This document shows, piece by piece, positions 35,667 through 42,677 of a stretch of DNA of 64,000 nucleotides. The stretch is from Desulfatiglandales bacterium (GTDB taxonomy: Bacteria; Desulfobacterota; DSM-4660; Desulfatiglandales; Desulfatiglandaceae), in assembly GCA_963662465.1 (NCBI GenBank), contig OY759599.1, positions 1,216,001 to 1,280,000 of the forward strand, given 5' to 3'. Under the pieces are notes generated by a model. It worked only from the letters and a program-made list of their open reading frames with translations. It did not search any database and was not told where the DNA came from. The translations under genes and the position numbers were made by a program. How positions within the stretch are numbered: the first letter of the stretch is position 1; each line of letters begins with the position of its first letter.

Positions 35667-37478
35667 ATGGCCATTGAAACCGCACCGTTGATGTTCAAAA
35701 AGACTGCCCTGAAATACGGCGACCGGGTGGCCCTGCGCCGCAAGGAGTATGGGCTCTGGAAGGATATTTCCTGGAACGACTATTATCGTCAGGCCAGGTG
35801 TGTGGGGTCGGCGCTCATGGATATGGGGCTGGAACCGGGGGATTGCGTCTCCATCATCGGCGATAACTGCCCGGAATGGGTCATTATCGATATGGCGGTT
35901 CAGTGCGTGGGCGGCACGGCAGTGGGGGTCTATTCCACCAATGCCTGGCCCCAGGTGGAGTATGTGATCGGCAATTCGGATTCTAAATTTTTCTTCGTGG
36001 AAAATGAAGAGCAACTGGATAAATGGCTCCAGTTTCGGGATAACGTACCCCATCTTAAAAAGGTCATTGTGTGGGATCTGGAAGGCTTGCGGCATTTTGA
36101 AGACCCCATGGTCATGACCTATGAAGAAATTCTTGAGATGGGGCGTCTAGCCGTGGAAGAGGTTCCGAATCGCTTTGAAACGCGCATTGCCCGGGTGCAG
36201 CCGGAAGATGTTTCCATGCTCATTTATACCTCCGGCACCACCGGGCCGCCCAAAGGGGCCATGCTGACCCACCGGAACCTCATGTGGATGGGGCAGGCCA
36301 TTACCACGGAAAACCCCATGAATGACGAAGACGAGGTCCTTTCTTTTTTGCCCCTGTGCCACGTTTTTGAACAGCTCTTTTCGGTCATGGGGCATATTAC
36401 CCATGGTTACACCGTCAATTTTATCGAGAATCTGGAGACGGTGACGGACAATATGATCGAGGTGTCCCCCACCGTGGGGTATGCGGTGCCCCGTATCTGG
36501 GAGAAATATCTCTCAGCGGTGTATATCCGCATGTCCGATGCCACCTGGTTTAAGAAAATGGTTTTCGGCATGGCCCTCAAAACGGGCAAGAAGCGGGCCT
36601 CCCTGATGATGGATTTCAAACCGGTCCCCGGCCTTCTGGCGCTTTTCTACAACCTGGCGCATTTTGTGGTATTTCGAAAGCTCAAGGAACGGTTGGGGTT
36701 TGACCGTATGCGCATTGCCTATTCAGGGGCCGCGCCCATTTCGCCGGATGTCCTTCATTTTTTCCAGTCCATCGGGGTGAACCTGGTGGAAGGGTACGGC
36801 CAGACCGAGGGGACCGGGGTGACTTGCGTATCACGGGTGGGAAAAGTCAAATTCGGCACCGTGGGACCTCCGATTACGGGAACCCAAATCAGAATTGCCG
36901 AGGATGGCGAGATCCTGGTGAAATCCCCCAGCGTTTTCAAGGGATACTACAAAAACCCGGAAGAAACCGCCAAAACCATTCAGGACGGCTGGCTTTATTC
37001 CGGCGATGTGGGCGAGATTGATGAGGATGGGTATCTCAAGATCACGGATCGGAAAAAGGATATCATCGTAACGGCGGGCGGAAAGAACATCACGCCCCAG
37101 TACATTGAAAACAAATTGAAATTCAGTCCCTACATCAACGATGCGGTGGTTATTGGGGACCAGCGAAAGTTTATTTCAGCGCTTATTATGATTGACGAGG
37201 ACAACGTGGTCAAATTCGCGCAGGACCACAAGGTCCAGTTTTCTACCTACAAAGACCTGACCCAAAGCCCGGAAATCAATAAAATGATCTGGAAGGAAGT
37301 TTCCGATGTGAATGATACCCTGGCACGTGTCGAGCAGATCAAGAAATTCACCATCCTGCCCAAGAAACTCTATGAGGAGGATGGGGAGGTTACCCCCACC
37401 ATGAAGGTCAAGCGAGGCTACGTGAATGAGGCCTTCGGAGACCTGATCGAGGCCATGTATAAACGGCCGAAGGTTTAG
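35667..37478 (+). CDS. Long-chain acyl-CoA synthetase
   Basis: IYTSGTTGPPKG, EGYGQTE, SGDVGEID..ITDRKKD; start at ATG 35667 behind GGAGG. Confidence 0.92.
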   Translation: MAIETAPLMFKKTALKYGDRVALRRKEYGLWKDISWNDYYRQARCVGSALMDMGLEPGDCVSIIGDNCPEWVIIDMAVQCVGGTAVGVYSTNAWPQVEYVIGNSDSKFFFVENEEQLDKWLQFRDNVPHLKKVIVWDLEGLRHFEDPMVMTYEEILEMGRLAVEEVPNRFETRIARVQPEDVSMLIYTSGTTGPPKGAMLTHRNLMWMGQAITTENPMNDEDEVLSFLPLCHVFEQLFSVMGHITHGYTVNFIENLETVTDNMIEVSPTVGYAVPRIWEKYLSAVYIRMSDATWFKKMVFGMALKTGKKRASLMMDFKPVPGLLALFYNLAHFVVFRKLKERLGFDRMRIAYSGAAPISPDVLHFFQSIGVNLVEGYGQTEGTGVTCVSRVGKVKFGTVGPPITGTQIRIAEDGEILVKSPSVFKGYYKNPEETAKTIQDGWLYSGDVGEIDEDGYLKITDRKKDIIVTAGGKNITPQYIENKLKFSPYINDAVVIGDQRKFISALIMIDEDNVVKFAQDHKVQFSTYKDLTQSPEINKMIWKEVSDVNDTLARVEQIKKFTILPKKLYEEDGEVTPTMKVKRGYVNEAFGDLIEAMYKRPKV

Positions 37479-37639
37479 TCAAAGACCAGCAATTCTATGT
37501 ATGGGGACTTACCGATAACAAACCAGTCAGGAAATCCCTCATAATCCCCTGCCGGGTTTCCGAAATCTCATGCGTCAGGACTTTGGCGGTAATTAAGAGC
37601 TTGACAGCGAGTCCTCTGAAATATAAAAGTATAACTTTA

Positions 37640-37727
37640 GCCTGGGTGGCGGAATTGGTAGACGCAAGGGACTTAAAATCCCTCGGAGGTTTCCTCCGTA
37701 CGAGTTCGATTCTCGTCCTAGGCACCA
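37640..37727 (+). tRNA. tRNA-Leu (TAA)
   Basis: GCCTGGG acceptor pairing with CCTAGGC-ACCA; D loop GGAATTGGTAGAC; anticodon loop CTTAAAA; long variable arm; GTTCGA T loop. Confidence 0.95.
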
Positions 37728-37819
37728 CATAGGCTTCCTGTAAAAACCTATGAAGACTTTAAGCCCTTATTATCACTAGATAATTGGGGTTTTTTGTTCC
37801 TATGCCTACCTAAGAAAGC

Positions 37820-37927
37820 TATTGACCTCCGACATTCCTTTTTGCTTTTCGATGATTCATAATACGATTTTCCATCTCTGTAATATTTCAACCAAAAAAT
37901 ATTTCCCTGTTTGTAAACCATTCCCAT
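37820..37927 (-). pseudogene. Phage integrase N-terminal remnant, copy 1
   Basis: MGMVYKQGNIFWLKYYRDGKSYYESSKS resembles the arm-binding start of tyrosine integrases; faces the tRNA 3' end; no catalytic domain. Confidence 0.6.
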
Positions 37928-38083
37928 AAACAAAGTCCCTCACTTCCCCCTGTTGATAATGATCAGGAAACCGGGCAGGGAACCCGGCGTTCGGTTGCGC
38001 TTGCCTATCCTGAGGATGATTTATCTTTGAATCTTCCGTAAACCCACGTCCCTGTCAATAAAAAATTGTCGATGGACAGCCCG

Positions 38084-38449
38084 TTAGTGCCGCTTGCTGA
38101 TACACTTCCCATCCAGGTCCCGCAATTCATCACATAAATCACTGGTGTCAATTGCCTCATACCAATAATCCAGAAGCGGCGTCAGATTCAATTCGACAAA
38201 CCGTTTCACCTCATCAAGGTCAAATGCATCCAGATAATACCCAGGCAGCACCTGGATTCCCGGGTAAAATTGAACAGGGATTGAGTCCTCAAAAAATACT
38301 CTTCTTCCGGGGATATTTGCAACCGTCAAAGTTGGCTCCCAATCGGTTCTCATTTGCGAAATGATGAATATTTTCCGGCTTGTTTTGAACGTTTCAGGAA
38401 AAAAAATACACCTACTCCATCGAAATTGTTGTTGCCAATCGTTTTTCAT
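38084..38449 (-). CDS. Hypothetical protein
   Basis: 121-aa ORF MKNDWQQ... with an AAGGA RBS; no family recognised. Confidence 0.55.
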   Translation of the reverse strand: MKNDWQQQFRWSRCIFFPETFKTSRKIFIISQMRTDWEPTLTVANIPGRRVFFEDSIPVQFYPGIQVLPGYYLDAFDLDEVKRFVELNLTPLLDYWYEAIDTSDLCDELRDLDGKCISKRH

Positions 38450-38849
38450 GGTAAAATCCTTTCGTATTCTTGATGGGGCGAAGGCGTTCTTCTTATTCCC
38501 CATTGGGGTGGCAGAATTTGAAAGGCCCACTTACGAGCCGACCGGATTGTAAGTCCTTACGGACTGAAACCACGGTAGTCCATAGTGAGCCTTGTTTACG
38601 AATTTTCCGCTCCCACATTGGAATAGCAATCAGATTTCCCGTGTGCGTAGGCAGAGACTCTGGCGAAGTTCTGTTCATCGGAAGATTCAAAAACCGTGAT
38701 TGCTTTGGCCCTGAGCGCCGCGAAGCTCTTCTCCCGGCTTCATAGAAGGGCTTTTCAAAGGGGAGACTGCGCCGGGCAGTTTCTGAGCGGGTGCGCTTCG
38801 CTCCCAAAGCATCTTCCTGTTAACCACTGGCCACCAAAGTGAGGTGAGT

Positions 38850-39089
38850 ATGGCTGCTACCATCACGTTTGATACTCTGAAATTCGTTAAAAGGCTTAAA
38901 GCTTCCGGTTTTGCAGAAGAACAGGCAGAGGCACTTTCCGATGCTTTCAAAGAATCCCAGGAAACAACCATTGCCGATCTTGCCACAAAAACGGATCTGA
39001 AAGAACTTGAAATGCGTCTCACATTCCGCATGGGGCTTATGTTGGCGGCTTCTATCGGAATTGTGGCCGCACTGGTTAAACTTCTGTAA
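38850..39089 (+). CDS. DUF1640/CCDC90-like protein, copy 1
   Basis: ITFDTLKFVKRLKASGFAEEQAEAL...LATKTDL plus a C-terminal hydrophobic helix. Confidence 0.85.
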   Translation: MAATITFDTLKFVKRLKASGFAEEQAEALSDAFKESQETTIADLATKTDLKELEMRLTFRMGLMLAASIGIVAALVKLL

Positions 39090-39098
39090 GCATCTTCC

Positions 39099-39440
39099 TT
39101 AAACCCGGCGAAGGAAGTCCTCTAAGACAAAAATTTTCCGCATTCGAAACCTGAGAGGGCTTTCCACCATCGCAATAGCCTTCATGTTTTCGTTTTCCGA
39201 AACAAACCACGGGCCTTCACACCCCGGAACATCTTCTATCCATTCAGGGATCTCTAAACCCATTTCATCGCATAAATATTCAACGGTAGAAGCCAATAGA
39301 GCGTCAATCCGCTCATTGTCCAGGGTAAAGGTTCCTGAAGGAATAATGTGTCCCTGTAGCGCCTGAAATCAAAAACAAAATCCATGAAATACACTTCCCA
39401 CCATTCAGGGTTGTCGATCATATCTTGTTTGATCGTTGGA
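39099..39440 (-). pseudogene. Frameshifted hypothetical protein
   Basis: PEWWEVYFMDFVFDFRRY...QEP continues after a 1-nt shift near 39328 as TLDNERIDALLASTVEYLCDE...ESPLRFRMRKIFVLEDFLRRV. Confidence 0.6.
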
Positions 39441-39585
39441 AGGTCGAAAGAACCTTCGCTTGGCTACAACGAAAGTACGGAAGGCTGGTTGTCCGATGGG
39501 AGCGGCGCAACAAATATTGGAAAGGATTTGTCATGTTTGCTATCTGTCTCTTATGGGTCGACCTCCTCGCATGATTTTTGGGATA

Positions 39586-39768
39586 GGTTCCTGAAATATT
39601 TCAACCAAAAGATATTTCCCCGTTTGTATACCATTCCCGTAAATCCCTCACTTCCCCCTGTTGATAATGCTCAGGAAACCCGACGTTCGGCTGCGCTTGC
39701 CTATCCTGAGCATGTTTTACCCTGAATCTTCCGTGTAAAAGTACATCCCTGTCAATAAAAAGTTGTCC
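39586..39768 (-). repeat. Second copy of the integrase 5' end and leader (repeat of ~37880-38070)
   Basis: Shares TCCCTCACTTCCCCCTGTTGATAATG...GCGCTTGCCTATCCTGAG...TCCCTGTCAATAAAA with copy 1; encodes GMVYKRGNIFWLKYFRN. Confidence 0.85.
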
Positions 39769-39823
39769 CTGACTTTCCCCCATGGTAGAATTCGTCATAT
39801 CCATTTCAAGAAAGGGGTTCATC

Positions 39824-40147
39824 ATGGGTGCCACCATAACGTTTGATACACTCAAATTCGTTAAACACCTAAAAGCCGCTGGGTTCAATGAAACACAAGC
39901 AGAGGCACTTTCCGACGTACAGAAAGAATCTTTAACTGAAATTATTGAAGACCGTCTGGCCACCAAAAAAGACCTGAAAGAGACTGAAACGGCCCTCAAG
40001 GGCGATATTGGTCGGGTTGAAAAGGACATTTCCGAAATTAAAAGCGAACAGATAAAACTCACGGGAGAGATTAATCTCATCAAATGGATGATGGGTTTTG
40101 TCCTTGCCGGTATTGCCGCGCTCATTCTGAAAACTTTCTTTGTGTAA
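39824..40147 (+). CDS. DUF1640/CCDC90-like protein, copy 2
   Basis: MGATITFDTLKFVKHLKAAGFNETQAEAL...LATKKDL, coiled coil, TM helix. Confidence 0.85.
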   Translation: MGATITFDTLKFVKHLKAAGFNETQAEALSDVQKESLTEIIEDRLATKKDLKETETALKGDIGRVEKDISEIKSEQIKLTGEINLIKWMMGFVLAGIAALILKTFFV

Positions 40148-40442
40148 TTGTTGCTACCCTGGTTCAGCTATGTTTAGGATATCGGATCGTTGCTTTTCTT
40201 GGACAAGGTTTATGACATGCTCGGTTTCCGTAAATGCGATCTCACTCGAAATATCCTTTAACAGTTTCACAGGGGGGGGTCGGATTATCCCTACGGGTAT
40301 GAAGCCGTTTTCCCGCCTCTTTCGCCCAATAACCAAGCGCTGCATGGATTGGCCGAGTGCGGTGTTGGTTGATTTTATGGGCGCACTGTTTTAGGATAGC
40401 CAAAACACATCAGCGGCTTTTTGAGGGTCTTCGCATATTATT

Positions 40443-41480
40443 ATGGCGGAAATACAAGGGGACAATCCCATCAGGATCTGGCTGGGGACAACCGAAGCCC
40501 AAACCGTGATTCGAAGGGCGTCCCGGCAGATCGCCGGTGAAGTTCGATTGAGAAGCCTTTCCCTCAATTTTTTGCAAAAGGATTTTTTGGGCCAAAGCCA
40601 TGAATCAGAGCTGTTAAACGACATTATCTCTGAACTGTCCCTTTTCATTTTGGAGAATGCAACCAGATGGCGAGACCAGTTTCAGCCGCAACATCCCCAT
40701 GCCCATATATACCTGAAAAAGGCCTTCATATCCCATTGGATTTCCAGGACCCGCAGGGCCGACCGCGATCCCAAACGGCATGTATACCGGCGGGTTCAGA
40801 TGCTCTTGAAACAGGCGCCGGGATTTTTTACCCATTCCGATAACAATCAAAAAACCGCTTTCAGCCGGATGGCGGAAAACGGGAAAATCTCCCGGTTGCT
40901 GGAAGACGATCTGGACGAAATCCCTTTCCCCCCGGTGGAATGCGACTACGAATCCATCAATCGGAAAGCCGTTCTGCTGGATCTTGCGGGCTATTTCTGG
41001 GATCGGGTCTCCGCCATGTGGGAAGGTCGGCCCGTGTGGGTGGATCTCAGGGATTTCACCAATTGGCTCGAACGCTTTGTTTTTCTGGGCGGTGCCATCC
41101 AGGAAGGCGGCGGGGTTTACGAGGATGATCCGCTGGACCGGCTTCCCCATCCCGGACCCGGTCCGGACCGGATCCCGGTTGATCCCGAACGGATCAGGTG
41201 CATGGCCCACCGGTTTGCCCGGGGGTTGGATGCAAAGGAAAAAACCGTATTTTTTATGATTCACGAAACGGATGCCCCGTTGCGGGAGGTTGCCCTGGCA
41301 GTGGGGTACAAGGGAAGCTCCGGTCCCAAATATGCGCTGGATCGGATCCATGAGCGGCTCGGGACGCTTCTCAGGGAAGAACCGGCCTTTGCGCCGGGGG
41401 AAACGGACCGGGAGGAGGCCTTTTCCCTCTTTTTCCACACCCTGCTGTCGATTTTGAAAAACCGGGACAAAAGGCCGTAA
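40443..41480 (+). CDS. Divergent sigma-70/ECF-like sigma factor
   Basis: Sigma2-like DIISELSLFILEN...YLKKAFISHWISRTRR; sigma4-like LDAKEKTVFFMIHETDAPLREVALAVGY...ALDRIHERL; long insert between them. Confidence 0.65.
   Translation: MAEIQGDNPIRIWLGTTEAQTVIRRASRQIAGEVRLRSLSLNFLQKDFLGQSHESELLNDIISELSLFILENATRWRDQFQPQHPHAHIYLKKAFISHWISRTRRADRDPKRHVYRRVQMLLKQAPGFFTHSDNNQKTAFSRMAENGKISRLLEDDLDEIPFPPVECDYESINRKAVLLDLAGYFWDRVSAMWEGRPVWVDLRDFTNWLERFVFLGGAIQEGGGVYEDDPLDRLPHPGPGPDRIPVDPERIRCMAHRFARGLDAKEKTVFFMIHETDAPLREVALAVGYKGSSGPKYALDRIHERLGTLLREEPAFAPGETDREEAFSLFFHTLLSILKNRDKRP
41452..41480 (+). promoter_or_regulatory. ECF-type promoter motif, site A
   Basis: TTTTGAA-N15-GCCGTAA in the last codons of the sigma gene, 49 nt before ATG 41530. 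Confidence 0.7.
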
Positions 41481-41529
41481 ACCAAGGAATAAGGGAAGGC
41501 CCGAACAGCACTTTCCACATGGACAGGAA

Positions 41530-42594
41530 ATGAACCCCATGAACGACCGAAAACGCGCCCTCATGATGGCCCGGCAATACCGGACCTGCCCACCCGATGA
41601 TGTGAAGGATGCTCCGTGGCAGGCCCTGGCGAGAGAACTGGAAAAAGTTTTTCGGGAGGGACAAAAAACTCCCGAACCGCCGGACCCGAAATCCGGCCAA
41701 TTGCGATGCCTCAATCCCCTTTCCCGGCCCTGGCGCGGAGACCGATTTTACAACCCCCCCATGGTGCTGATTCTGGAGTGCCTCTCCCCCCATGGCGCCG
41801 CGCACCGGGTCCGGTCGGCCCTCATCTTTCCCGACATACGCCTGGCCGCCCCCGGCGATCTCATTGTGTCGCTCGAAAGGTTCGGGGAGGGGGATATTTT
41901 CGTGGAATCGTGGAATATCATTACCCTGCGTCGGGATCATCTGGGACCGCTTGTAGATACCGTGAGCTCGGAAATCACAGCGGCGGTGGAGGCCCTGGCC
42001 GGGGACCCGGAAGCCTACCCCGCCTGGGCCATGATGCCTAGACCTTTTTTCCCAGGGGGTTCCGAATTTCCGGACCCCCGGCGGGAATTTCGGAAGCTGG
42101 AACGGGAAGTGGCGGGGGTATTTTCGGGCCTGCGGCCCGTCTATGGTTCGGCCCGGGAAACGGGGAAAGCCCTCGAAACAGCGGTTCCCGGCGTTTACTG
42201 GAAGAAAAAACCCGCAGGGGTGGACGAGGCCATGGCCCTGGCCCGGTTTCCCGACCATCAGCTTCCCTTGGCGGCGGCCGACGTTCATGGGGCAACCATG
42301 GCGGCCAATCTGGCGGTGCTGCGGGATGGGGAGGTTCAAACCTTTGTTCCCGTGCCCTTGACGATTTTCGGTAAAACCGGAAATCTCATGATTGCCGGGC
42401 GCATTACGGGCCTTCCAGCGGGGGTGGACCATTCCCGCTTGATATGCCGCCTGGAAGTGCCCGATGGCGCGTTCCTTTCCCCCGACCAATGTCGCTGGGA
42501 CCCGAAGGACGGGAATTTCGTCGTATCCTTTGAGGGGGTGGAAGGTATCGAGGGAACCCTCCGGGCCGCGGTGGTGGTGAAGAGTGAAGAGTGA
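41530..42594 (+). CDS. Putative anti-sigma factor, CalpT-like (MazF-like fold plus beta-rich C domain)
   Basis: GQL...NPPMVLIL...LAAPGDL...VESWNIITL...DPRREFRKLE pattern; linker QLPLAAAD; lies between the sigma and protease genes. Confidence 0.55.
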   Translation: MNPMNDRKRALMMARQYRTCPPDDVKDAPWQALARELEKVFREGQKTPEPPDPKSGQLRCLNPLSRPWRGDRFYNPPMVLILECLSPHGAAHRVRSALIFPDIRLAAPGDLIVSLERFGEGDIFVESWNIITLRRDHLGPLVDTVSSEITAAVEALAGDPEAYPAWAMMPRPFFPGGSEFPDPRREFRKLEREVAGVFSGLRPVYGSARETGKALETAVPGVYWKKKPAGVDEAMALARFPDHQLPLAAADVHGATMAANLAVLRDGEVQTFVPVPLTIFGKTGNLMIAGRITGLPAGVDHSRLICRLEVPDGAFLSPDQCRWDPKDGNFVVSFEGVEGIEGTLRAAVVVKSEE

Positions 42595-42614
42595 AGAGTT
42601 AAGAATTAAGAGTG
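42577..42614. repeat. Heptamer tandem repeat (GTGAAGA) x5, degenerate
   Basis: GTGAAGA x3, GTTAAGA, ATTAAGA across the stop codon at 42594. Confidence 0.75.
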
Positions 42615-42677
42615 GGGGGGGTGAGGTTTGAAATGAAGGGACCTGACGTTCTTAAAAATCGGGGTTGAAGGCTGTTG

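Noticed and set aside
37495..37728. 77-aa ORF MVPRTRIELVRR...
   Set aside because: Antisense translation of tRNA-Leu.
40154..40345. 63-aa minus-strand ORF upstream of the sigma gene
   Set aside because: No clear RBS or motif; cannot be supported.
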